Notes under the pieces: generated by a model | Seen by the model: the letters and a program-made list of their open reading frames with translations, nothing else | The model's database searches: none | Told to the model about the DNA's origin: nothing | Program-made: the position numbers and the translations under genes | In this document: positions 1 through 8,519 of the stretch, one piece after another | Numbering within the stretch: position 1 is the first letter of the stretch | How the letters are laid out: the number at the start of each line of letters is the position of its first letter | Assembly (NCBI GenBank): GCA_944324225.1 | Contig: CALUVL010000011.1 | Span: 2,803 to 66,802 of the forward strand | Direction: 5' to 3' | From: Candidatus Gastranaerophilales bacterium | GTDB lineage: Bacteria; Cyanobacteriota; Vampirovibrionia; Gastranaerophilales; Gastranaerophilaceae | DNA: 64,000 nucleotides

Positions 1-1525
1 AGATTTCCGTCTTTATTGGAAATTTCGGCAGCTTTATTAACATCAATTCCAGTACCGCTATTATCAAATTTCAGGTTGCCGCCTTCATTTGTTACTTTAC
101 CGTTGACAGTCAATGCACCTGATTCGTTGGTATAGGTTGAGCTTCCCGTAACATTTGATGCAGTGCCGTTTATTGTCATACCGCCTTCACCGCTGTTGTC
201 TACAAGCATATCGCCGTTTGTATTGCTGATACTACCGTCTACCAGAATTGCTCCGGAGGTATTTGTATATGTCGAATTGCCGTTTGTATTTGAAGATGAA
301 CCAGTTATGGTTATTCCTTTATCGCCACTGTTTGTTACTGTCAAACTGCCGTTTTCATTTATTATCTGACCGTCTACTGTAATGCCGCCGGCTTCGTTGG
401 TGTAGGTAGAATCTCCGCCTTTATTTGAAGAGGTGCCGTTTATTAAGATTCCGCCCTGACCTTTGTTGTAGGCTACAAGGGCACCGTTAGTATTACTTAT
501 TATGCCGTTTACGGTCAATGCACCTGCGTCATTTGTATATGTTGAATTGCCGTCTGCATTGGTTATTTCACCATTTACTGTAATCCCGCCTTCGCCGCTG
601 TTTGTTACTATTGTATTACCGGTTGTTGTGTTACTTACTTTAGCTTCTTTGTCTACTAAAATTCCTTCAACGCCGGTATTAGACATTTCTAAATTGCCAC
701 CGGAATTTGATACTTCTGCTCCGTTGTTTACTGATATACCGGTACCAGTATTATCAAATTTCAGGTTGCCGCCTTCGTTGCTTACTTTACCATTTACAAT
801 TAACTTACCATTTTTATTTATATATGATGAGTTTCCTGTAACATTTGATGCGGTTCCGTTAATTACAATTCCGCCTTCGCCGGTATTAGCAGCTGTTAGA
901 TTACCGTTACTATTACTTACCTTGCCGGTTACAGTTAAAGCGCCTGAGTTGTTTACATAATCTGAATTTCCGTTTATATTCGTTGATGATCCGTTTATTG
1001 TTATACCGTTATCACCGCTGTTTGTTACGGACAAATTTCCTTCTTCGTTTATTATCTGGCCTTCTACTGTAATCCCACCGGCTTCATTGGTATAGGTTGA
1101 ATCTCCGCCTTTATTTGACGCTGTTCCATTAATTAAGATTCCACCCTGTCCATTGTTATATGCAACCAGGTTCCCTTTTGTATTGCTAATGCTGCCATTT
1201 ACTGACAAAGCTCCGGCTTCATTAGTATATGTGGAATTTCCGTTTTCATTTATTACTTCGCCATTTATTGTAATTCCGCCGGCACCACTGTTGGTTACTT
1301 TTGTGTCGCCTGTATTATTACTTACTTTGGCATTTTTATCTACAAAAATTCCGTCTATTCCGGAGTTAAGCATTTCAAGGCTGCCGCCGGAATTTGACAC
1401 TTCTGCACCGCTGTTTATGGCTATACCGGTACCAGTATTGTCAAATTTCAGATTGCCGCCTTCATTTGTTACTTTGCCGTTGACAGTCAATGCACCGGAT
1501 TCGTTAGTGTAGGTTGAATCGCCCT
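1..1525. repeat. In-frame tandem macro-repeats of 687-690 bp (229-230 aa) inside the FhaB-like gene, built from shorter ~20-aa sub-repeats
   Basis: Anchor string tcaaatttcag(g/a)ttgccgcc recurs at 64, 754 and 1441 (spacing 690 and 687 nt), with long flanking similarity. Confidence 0.85.
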
Positions 1526-2732
1526 TTATATTTGTAACAGTGCCGTTAATTTCGGTACCGCCAGCACCTGTGTTCAAAATGTCTATATTACCGTTAATAT
1601 TTGAAATCGGAGATCCGTCAAGAATAATTCCTTCAGTTCCGGAATTATCCATCAAAATATTTCCGCCGCTGTTTTCTACAGAACCTTTAATATCAATGCC
1701 TTTTGTACCCTTATTGGTAAGTTTTATATTACCATTTTCATTTTTTAAAGATCCTGATTGGGCAAGCTTAATACCATTTGCACTATCTGCAAGGATATCA
1801 CCGTTTCTATTTTGAACATTACCTGCAATATCAATAGAACCTTTTGTTGTTGTCAAAATAACGTTGCCGTCGGGATTTTTTATATCACCGTCTGCAACAA
1901 TACCCTTTGCGCCATAGCTTGTTAATTCTATATCGCCTTTGCCAAAATTCTTCAATGTAGAGCCTTCGGCAAGTTTAACACCGTCATTGCCTGAATAAGC
2001 GGTTATCTTAATACTTCCGCTATCACTCGAAAAATTATTACCAACTTTCATATTGTCGGTGTTTACAAGGCTGTTAAACAAAACATCTGCCTGATTGTGG
2101 CTGGTAAGAACATCTGTATTATTACCAACACCTGACATTATTGAATTATTAATATTAACTGCTGCGGCTCGAATATCAACTGCATCACGGGCAATAACCT
2201 TACCATCAATGGTTACTTTACCTGTGCCCTGTGAATATAAATCAGCTAAGTCATGTCTTATATCATAATCAGTTTTAAATTGATCAAACTTATTCTGATC
2301 AGGTGTCAAGACTGTTAATGAACCTACATTCAAAACACCTGAAGCTCCGACAACCATGCCGTTAGGGGAAACAAAGATTGCCTGTCCGTTATAGAAATTA
2401 CCGTCACGCATTGTGTTTACAATACCGTTAATGTTGATAGTATTATCAACCAGGTTTACGAACTTTTCTACGTTTTTCTCACCGTATTTGAAAATCAAGT
2501 TCGCAATCTCACCTTTATTAAGCTGAAATTCTTCATATAACCTGAACCCTATATCGCCGTTTATTACTGACGGATCGATATTGTAAATCTTATTACCGTC
2601 TGCTCCATACTCAGGTGCTATCCCGGTAATCATGCCTGCGTGTGCACTGCTGTAAAGTGACTGCTGTGCAACCAGACACAATGTAAGCGCAGAAAGTACA
2701 AACTTCATATTTCCAGCTTTCTTTTGAGCCAT
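1..2732 (-). CDS. TPS-domain (filamentous haemagglutinin/FhaB-like) giant repeat exoprotein, N-terminal part; ORF runs off the window start
   Basis: Minus frame is open from ATG at 2732 (AAGGAA 9 nt upstream) to position 1. Translation starts MAQKKAGNMKFVLSALTLCLVAQQSLYSSAHA (signal peptide). It continues EEFQLNKGEIANLIF...NLVDNTININGIV...QAIFVSPNGMVVGASGVLNVGSLTVLT, which fits the two-partner-secretion TPS domain. The rest is TYTNESGALTVNGKVTNEGGNLKFDNSGTGI-type repeats. Not in the ORF track because there is no stop inside the window. Confidence 0.75.
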   Translation of the reverse strand, partial: MAQKKAGNMKFVLSALTLCLVAQQSLYSSAHAGMITGIAPEYGADGNKIYNIDPSVINGDIGFRLYEEFQLNKGEIANLIFKYGEKNVEKFVNLVDNTININGIVNTMRDGNFYNGQAIFVSPNGMVVGASGVLNVGSLTVLTPDQNKFDQFKTDYDIRHDLADLYSQGTGKVTIDGKVIARDAVDIRAAAVNINNSIMSGVGNNTDVLTSHNQADVLFNSLVNTDNMKVGNNFSSDSGSIKITAYSGNDGVKLAEGSTLKNFGKGDIELTSYGAKGIVADGDIKNPDGNVILTTTKGSIDIAGNVQNRNGDILADSANGIKLAQSGSLKNENGNIKLTNKGTKGIDIKGSVENSGGNILMDNSGTEGIILDGSPISNINGNIDILNTGAGGTEINGTVTNIKGDSTYTNESGALTVNGKVTNEGGNLKFDNTGTGIAINSGAEVSNSGGSLEMLNSGIDGIFVDKNAKVSNNTGDTKVTNSGAGGITINGEVINENGNSTYTNEAGALSVNGSISNTKGNLVAYNNGQGGILINGTASNKGGDSTYTNEAGGITVEGQIINEEGNLSVTNSGDNGITINGSSTNINGNSDYVNNSGALTVTGKVSNSNGNLTAANTGEGGIVINGTASNVTGNSSYINKNGKLIVNGKVSNEGGNLKFDNTGTGISVNNGAEVSNSGGNLEMSNTGVEGILVDKEAKVSNTTTGNTIVTNSGEGGITVNGEITNADGNSTYTNDAGALTVNGIISNTNGALVAYNKGQGGILINGTSSNKGGDSTYTNEAGGITVDGQIINENGSLTVTNSGDKGITITGSSSNTNGNSTYTNTSGAILVDGSISNTNGDMLVDNSGEGGMTINGTASNVTGSSTYTNESGALTVNGKVTNEGGNLKFDNSGTGIDVNKAAEISNKDGN

Positions 2733-2944
2733 GACTTTAATTTCCTTTCAATTTTTCCCTAACTGAATTTATTATCTGATTATCGTAAAAATACCGCTAT
2801 TTTATATTAACCGGCTGATTTTTATTTTTCTATTTATTGTTACTTAATATTACGACTTTCCGATAATAAAACTCATAAATATATATTTATATAAAAAACA
2901 AAGAAAAAATTTATTGCTATTTTGTAACTTTTTATTAAGTGTTT

Positions 2945-4396
2945 TTAAACAGCAGAACGCCTCAGGATTGTTTTACATACAAACCAGTAAACTCCGTAAA
3001 ATATAACCAGCAATGCACACATTTGAATTATACCTGGAATCGATGTTTCTTTAAATATTCCGTACAAAAGCCCTGCCGGCACGAGAGCAAAAAGCATTCT
3101 TATAAATGTTTTCATCGGAAAATAAATTCCTAAGCCCGGAATCCTTATCACCGAACTTAAAAAGAAATATATAAAATTTGCAGCTAAAGTTGCAATTCCG
3201 GCACCTTCCAACCCCATTTTCGGAATTAAAAGAATGTTTGCAGCAATTCCGACAACACCTGAAATGAGCTTTAATATAAAATCTATATATGTTTTGTTGG
3301 CAAGGTGATATTGCAAAGTTGTATAGTCTGACAATGCCATAAACAAACACCCGAAAGAAAAATAAGGTATAAGCCTGTATGCTTCAGAAAATTTTGTATT
3401 TGCAAACAAATTTACAAAATCCGGCGCATATATTGACACAACTGCTATTACCGGAACTGAAACAACCAAAAAATAGCCGGTAAATCTTGTTACAATAGGC
3501 CTTACATCCTGTTTTTCTTCAAACATATTGAAAATACGTGGGATTGCTGCAACTGTAATTATTGAAAATACAGTCATAAATAAAGGCAACGTCAATCCAT
3601 AAGCAACACCTACAAGCCCTACTTCTTTAAATCCGCTTATACTGTTCATAATAAATTTGTTGCTCTGGTTAATAACCCATGCACTCAAAGAAGTTGCCGC
3701 AATCGGAATTCCGTATTGAAACATAGGCAAAAGCACCTTCCACTGAAGATTCGGTTTCCTAAAGTATTTCAAAATTCCGCTCTGGAAAATCAAAAGAATA
3801 TCAATTAAAGATATAGAAATTCCCATACCGAGAAGCAATGATAAAGCCCCGAGATGGAAAAGTTTTACAATCAATACAGACAACCCCATTGTCAAAATCT
3901 GGTTTATAATCGTTGAAAACGTGAATGCAACTGACTTCAACTGTGCCCGCAAAAGCTGAAACAGCAATGCTCTTATTGCTACAGGAATTATAAGAAATAA
4001 TATACAAAAGAAATATTTCGGCTGAATATTGAAAAAATCATAAAAATTTTCTCTGAAAACATATGCAAACACGAACATTGTACAAATATTAAAAGTCAAA
4101 ATTGTCACAAGCATCGAAAGATACTTGGGCAATTCATCTGCAAGCTGGAATGATCTGAAAAATCTCAACCCGGAAAGCCCCACCCAATCAGAAAAAATTA
4201 TACAAAGAAATGATAAAAATGCGATTGAAAGAGAATAAAGCCCATATTCTTCCGGCAGAAGAATATTTGTATAAACCGGTACAATCAGGGCATTACCGAG
4301 CATTCCACATAACTTTGAAGGCGAATATTTTACAATATCCTTAAATATCGCATTCAACTGTTCCTTGTCTACAGGTTGATCTTCAGCAAAATTCAT
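2945..4396 (-). CDS. Polysaccharide/oligosaccharide flippase family protein (MOP/Wzx-like), multi-pass membrane
   Basis: 483 aa, about 12-14 hydrophobic segments. The N-terminal KYSPSKLCGMLGNALIVPVYTNILLPEEYG layout is typical of polysaccharide biosynthesis (Wzx/MurJ superfamily) proteins. Confidence 0.5.
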   Translation of the reverse strand: MNFAEDQPVDKEQLNAIFKDIVKYSPSKLCGMLGNALIVPVYTNILLPEEYGLYSLSIAFLSFLCIIFSDWVGLSGLRFFRSFQLADELPKYLSMLVTILTFNICTMFVFAYVFRENFYDFFNIQPKYFFCILFLIIPVAIRALLFQLLRAQLKSVAFTFSTIINQILTMGLSVLIVKLFHLGALSLLLGMGISISLIDILLIFQSGILKYFRKPNLQWKVLLPMFQYGIPIAATSLSAWVINQSNKFIMNSISGFKEVGLVGVAYGLTLPLFMTVFSIITVAAIPRIFNMFEEKQDVRPIVTRFTGYFLVVSVPVIAVVSIYAPDFVNLFANTKFSEAYRLIPYFSFGCLFMALSDYTTLQYHLANKTYIDFILKLISGVVGIAANILLIPKMGLEGAGIATLAANFIYFFLSSVIRIPGLGIYFPMKTFIRMLFALVPAGLLYGIFKETSIPGIIQMCALLVIFYGVYWFVCKTILRRSAV

Positions 4397-4466
4397 TCAT
4401 AATCCCGCATAAACTATAAACTAAATTAATTCTACTATAAATTTCTAAATTAATCTATATGTAAAC

Positions 4467-5777
4467 TTATTGAATTTTTCCGAATAAATCGTACTCGTCA
4501 GCCCTCTCTATCAGAACCTGTTCTATATCCCCCGGCACAACCGGAGTATCGCTTTTTGCATAAACAAGTCCGTCAATTTCCGGAGCATCTGCATATGACC
4601 GCATTATAATTACTCCGTCATCAGTAAATCCTTCTACTATACAAGGAATTATATTACCAATTTTGGACTGGTTAATTTCATAAGAAATCTTTTGCTGAAG
4701 CGACATAAGCTTTTTATACCGTTCTTTTTTAATTTTCTTTGGGATTTGATCCTGCATGTCATAAGATGTTGTATTTTTTTCCCTTGAATATTCAAATACA
4801 CCCATTCTGTCAAATCGCATTTTTTCAACAAATTTGTAAAGATTTTCAAATTGTTCTTCGGTTTCTCCGGGGTACCCGACAATAAAAGCTGTCCTTATCG
4901 CAACTTGCGGAATTTTGTCACGAAGTTTCTTTACCAACACTTCATAATCAAAAACAGGACGCCTCATTGCTTCCAAAATTTTCGGATCCGAATGCTGGAG
5001 AGGTAAATCAATATATTTTACAACTTTATCAAGTTTTGCGATTGCATCTATCAATTCATCATTCAACTGTGACGGATAAGCATACATTATTCTTATCCAA
5101 CCTAGCCCTTCTATTTTATTTAATTCCTCAAGTAATTTTGCAAGAGATGTTTTGCCGTAAATATCAATCCCGTAACTCGTTGTATCCTGTGCAATAAGGT
5201 CAATTTCCGTAACTCCCTTTTTAACAAGATTTTTGGCTTCCTCAACTATATTTTCAATCGGACGGGAGTGATAAGCCCCTCTTAATTGTGGAATTATACA
5301 GTAACCGCAGTGGTAGTTGCAGCCGTCAGCAATTTTTATATAAGAGCTTGCACCCATTGTAATTTGCTGGCGCTCAATCTCTTCCGGATAAATATACTCA
5401 GGCTTTTCCGAAATTTTTTCTATATATTCATCAGTTTTCTCATTGGCAATTGCTTCAACCGTTTCAACAATACGTCCGAAGTCAGAAGTACCAAGCATTG
5501 CACGAATTTCCGGAATTGCTTTCTTTAGTTCTGTTTTATGTTTTTGTGGAAGACAACCTGTAACAATGACTTTCTTGCCTGCATTCACAAGTTCCAAAAT
5601 CGCCTGAACAGATTCTTTTTCAGCATCATGGATAAAAGAACAGGTATTTACTATTACAATCTGAGCTTCATTTTCATCAAGAGTAATTTCGTGACCTTTT
5701 TGCGTTAGAAGCCCCAGCATAAGTTCTGAATCTACCAAGTTTTTTGCACATCCATGATTTACCAATGCGATTTTCAT
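4467..5777 (-). CDS. rimO: Ribosomal protein S12 methylthiotransferase RimO (radical SAM, TRAM domain)
   Basis: MKIALVNHGCAKNLVDSE N-terminus, CNYHCGYC radical SAM motif, C-terminal TRAM-like domain. Start trimmed to the ATG at 5777, preceded by AGAGGA. Confidence 0.85.
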   Translation of the reverse strand: MKIALVNHGCAKNLVDSELMLGLLTQKGHEITLDENEAQIVIVNTCSFIHDAEKESVQAILELVNAGKKVIVTGCLPQKHKTELKKAIPEIRAMLGTSDFGRIVETVEAIANEKTDEYIEKISEKPEYIYPEEIERQQITMGASSYIKIADGCNYHCGYCIIPQLRGAYHSRPIENIVEEAKNLVKKGVTEIDLIAQDTTSYGIDIYGKTSLAKLLEELNKIEGLGWIRIMYAYPSQLNDELIDAIAKLDKVVKYIDLPLQHSDPKILEAMRRPVFDYEVLVKKLRDKIPQVAIRTAFIVGYPGETEEQFENLYKFVEKMRFDRMGVFEYSREKNTTSYDMQDQIPKKIKKERYKKLMSLQQKISYEINQSKIGNIIPCIVEGFTDDGVIIMRSYADAPEIDGLVYAKSDTPVVPGDIEQVLIERADEYDLFGKIQ

Positions 5778-5849
5778 TTTCGTTCCTCTTTTTTTAGTAC
5801 AAATCAAGTCTAACACGAACAACTTTTTTTGTAATCAGTATTGAGGAGT

Positions 5850-6412
5850 TCACCATGGATAATCAGGTTTAATTTCCCAGCCGTCATAGCCAATATAAAC
5901 CATAATATAAATTCCAACGACGGTTCCGTCATTCAAAACATACCACATTGCTTTTGTATTATCAGTTTTTATTCCGTTAATTTTATCATAGCCAAAATCT
6001 TTCGATGATTCGTACGTCTTGTCTTTTATTTTTGCCCCCACGGATCCCCAAATTGACTGGCAAAAAGACTTGTTGCATAATCTCTGTTTGACTGACAGCT
6101 TGCTGCAATAGCTTTTAACCACCCTCAGGAAAGACCTCCGTAACTTACTTTTGAGCGTTCAATTGTCCGCGCAATTATATTGTAGGCACGTTTCAGCCTT
6201 GTTGCTACGACTTTTTTCTGATAATGCCCGAGCAGCTGCGGCTTTGTCACGGAAGCGATAATGCTAATTATACTGATAGTTATGAGGACTTCTGCCATGG
6301 TAAAGGCTGCTTTTTTCTTCAACTCAGTTTTGTCTGATACTTTTGCTTTATTTAAGAAAGGAACTCTTAAAGGAGCATTATTTGCAGGCACCCCATTTCC
6401 CCTAAAATTCAA
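5850..6412 (-). pseudogene. Prepilin-type (type IV pilin/pseudopilin-like) gene split into two frames
   Basis: ORF 6125-6412 carries KKKAAFTMAEVLITISIISIIASV (prepilin methylation motif; a TTG at 6322 would give MKKKAAFTMAEV). It stops at TGA 6125-6127. ORF 5850-6122 is in another frame that is open upstream to 6158. It ends YDGWEIKPDYPW, matching the C-terminus YDNWEFKKDYPYKL of the intact pilin-like gene at 52911-53612. Confidence 0.55.
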
Positions 6413-6474
6413 TCATAGCACCCTTTTTCATGCTTTATTAATTATTTTAACATTCAGTTTAACATTTTTCAACT

Positions 6475-7287
6475 TTATTTGATACGAGATTTTAACCCGA
6501 AACGTATTAAAGAATTCAGCATATCCTGCGGAAATTTAGAGATAAACTCTGCAAACTTAGCATCTTTTCCTACTGTATAAGACGATTTCGGATTTTTTAA
6601 ACTATCTGCTTTTTTGACAATCTTCACGACTTCTGACACATCAAGACCTTTTTTTGAATTTTTCATGGCATTTTCGGCCATAAATTTCATCTCTTTTTCG
6701 TAAGTCAAATCTTCTTTTATGCTTGCAGCATTTTCGTCTACAGACTTTTCCCACAATGGGGTTGAGATAACTCCGGGTTTTATTGATATAATCTTAATCC
6801 GTCCGCCGGTTTCTATAGCAAGCGAATTAAATAGAATGTCTAATGCTCTTTTTGATGCACAATATGGTGAAATAAACGGGAAGAATCCAAAACTCGACAT
6901 TGAACTTATATTGATAATCTTTCCGCCATTAAGCAATTTCAAAAGTTTCTGACTAAACTGAAGATGTGAAAAAGTATTCACCTCAAACTGATAACGGAGT
7001 CTGTCAATATCTATATTTTCTACTGCACCTGCGACTACACAACCGGCGGCATTTATCAAAGTATCAACTTTATCGGTTTTGCTTTTTATAAAATCAGAAG
7101 CCTCTGAAATACTTTCAGGGTTAGTCATATCTATATAAAATGGAATGACATTTTCTCCAAATCTTCTTAATATGTCAATCTTTGCAGAGTTACGGTACCC
7201 TGCAAAGACTAATGACGTCTTAGAAAATTCTTTTGTTAAAGCCTCGCCTATTCCTGATGTTGCCCCTGTAATTACATATTTTTTCAT
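6475..7287 (-). CDS. SDR-family short-chain dehydrogenase/oxidoreductase
   Basis: TGATSGIG cofactor motif at the N-terminus and a YCASK (YxxxK) catalytic motif. Confidence 0.8.
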   Translation of the reverse strand: MKKYVITGATSGIGEALTKEFSKTSLVFAGYRNSAKIDILRRFGENVIPFYIDMTNPESISEASDFIKSKTDKVDTLINAAGCVVAGAVENIDIDRLRYQFEVNTFSHLQFSQKLLKLLNGGKIINISSMSSFGFFPFISPYCASKRALDILFNSLAIETGGRIKIISIKPGVISTPLWEKSVDENAASIKEDLTYEKEMKFMAENAMKNSKKGLDVSEVVKIVKKADSLKNPKSSYTVGKDAKFAEFISKFPQDMLNSLIRFGLKSRIK

Positions 7288-7293
7288 TGCTTT

Positions 7294-8511
7294 TTACAAG
7301 CCTACATAAGATCCGAACAACGGAAGGTACAAAGCTAATGCAAGTACAAGTACGATAGAACCGATTACAATCAACATTATAGGTTCGATCATCTTTGTCA
7401 TAGTATCAATAATTGTATCTAGCTTTTTATCAATAAATTTAGTTGCCTGTCCCATCATATCACCAAGACGACCGGATTGTTCACCTGTTGATATCATAAA
7501 CAATATCATCTTTGGCATAACACCTGTTGCTCTTAAGGCTGTTGAAAGGTGCTGCCCCTGTTGTACTTTGCCTGTCGCAATTGAAACCTGTTCTTTTAAT
7601 GTAAAGTTCGTCAAAGTCAAGATTGAAAGGTATAAACATTCAATAATAGGAACACCTGCATCATATGCAACCTGCAAAACCGCAATGAAGTTTGCAAAGT
7701 TTGAATACTGAACCAAATCTGTCAGAAGCGGAATTTTCAAAACGTTTTCATCAATTTTTCTTCTGCTCGGCTCCCATTTGAAAAGAAACGAAAGTCCGCC
7801 AAATATTGCGATAAAAATCAACGGAACAAAATACCAATAAGTTTTAAGGAATATACCTGCACTCATCAATGTTGCCGTAATCCACGGAAGTTCCTGCCCC
7901 ATATTATCAAACATATCTTTAAATACAGGGAATACGAACATCAACATGACAAGTACGATAACAACGGCCAAAAGAATTACAAACATCGGATACATAAGTG
8001 TTCCAATAACCTTACCTCTGATATTTGCTTCTTTATTCAAAAGTTCAAGCAAACGTTCCAGTGTTTTTTCCAATTCACCGGAATCTTCACCGGCTTTTAC
8101 AAGCCCTATATAGACCTGGCCGAAAATTTCAGGATACTTTGCAACAGTATCAGCAAAAGTTGCACCACCCATGATTTGTCGTCTTAATTCCTTTGATACA
8201 AGTCTTTGCTTAAGCTTTGCCGCATCATTTTCAATAAACATTAAAGATTCAATAATCGGAATACCTGCCTGCGCCAAAATTTGCAGAGTTGAAGTAAATT
8301 CAATCTTATCCTGAAGGCCGAGACTTTTCATTGTTCCTGGGCCGTCATTTTTCTTTACATCTTCTTTCTTAAGATTTTCCTCAGTTACTTTTGTTGGCAA
8401 AAAACCTAGTTTTCTAACCTGATCACGGGCGTCTCTTAAGCTTTCTGCTTCAACTTTTCCCGTTACTATATCTTTATTATTTTTCAGTGCTACATAATTA
8501 TAAATTGTCAT
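7294..8511 (-). CDS. Type II secretion/type IV pilus platform protein (GspF/PilC family)
   Basis: 405 aa with two repeated GspF-type domains and 3 TM segments. The N-terminus KVEAESLRDARDQVRKLGFLP is typical of PilC/GspF. Confidence 0.9.
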   Translation of the reverse strand: MTIYNYVALKNNKDIVTGKVEAESLRDARDQVRKLGFLPTKVTEENLKKEDVKKNDGPGTMKSLGLQDKIEFTSTLQILAQAGIPIIESLMFIENDAAKLKQRLVSKELRRQIMGGATFADTVAKYPEIFGQVYIGLVKAGEDSGELEKTLERLLELLNKEANIRGKVIGTLMYPMFVILLAVVIVLVMLMFVFPVFKDMFDNMGQELPWITATLMSAGIFLKTYWYFVPLIFIAIFGGLSFLFKWEPSRRKIDENVLKIPLLTDLVQYSNFANFIAVLQVAYDAGVPIIECLYLSILTLTNFTLKEQVSIATGKVQQGQHLSTALRATGVMPKMILFMISTGEQSGRLGDMMGQATKFIDKKLDTIIDTMTKMIEPIMLIVIGSIVLVLALALYLPLFGSYVGL

Positions 8512-8519
8512 TGCAACTC

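Noticed and set aside
163-1815. Plus-strand ORFs 163-369, 502-960, 1153-1512 and 1540-1815, with L/P/F/V-rich translations.
   Set aside because: They are antisense-frame artefacts of the minus-strand FhaB-like repeat gene. The minus frame is continuously open and gives a sensible signal peptide, TPS domain and beta-helix repeats.
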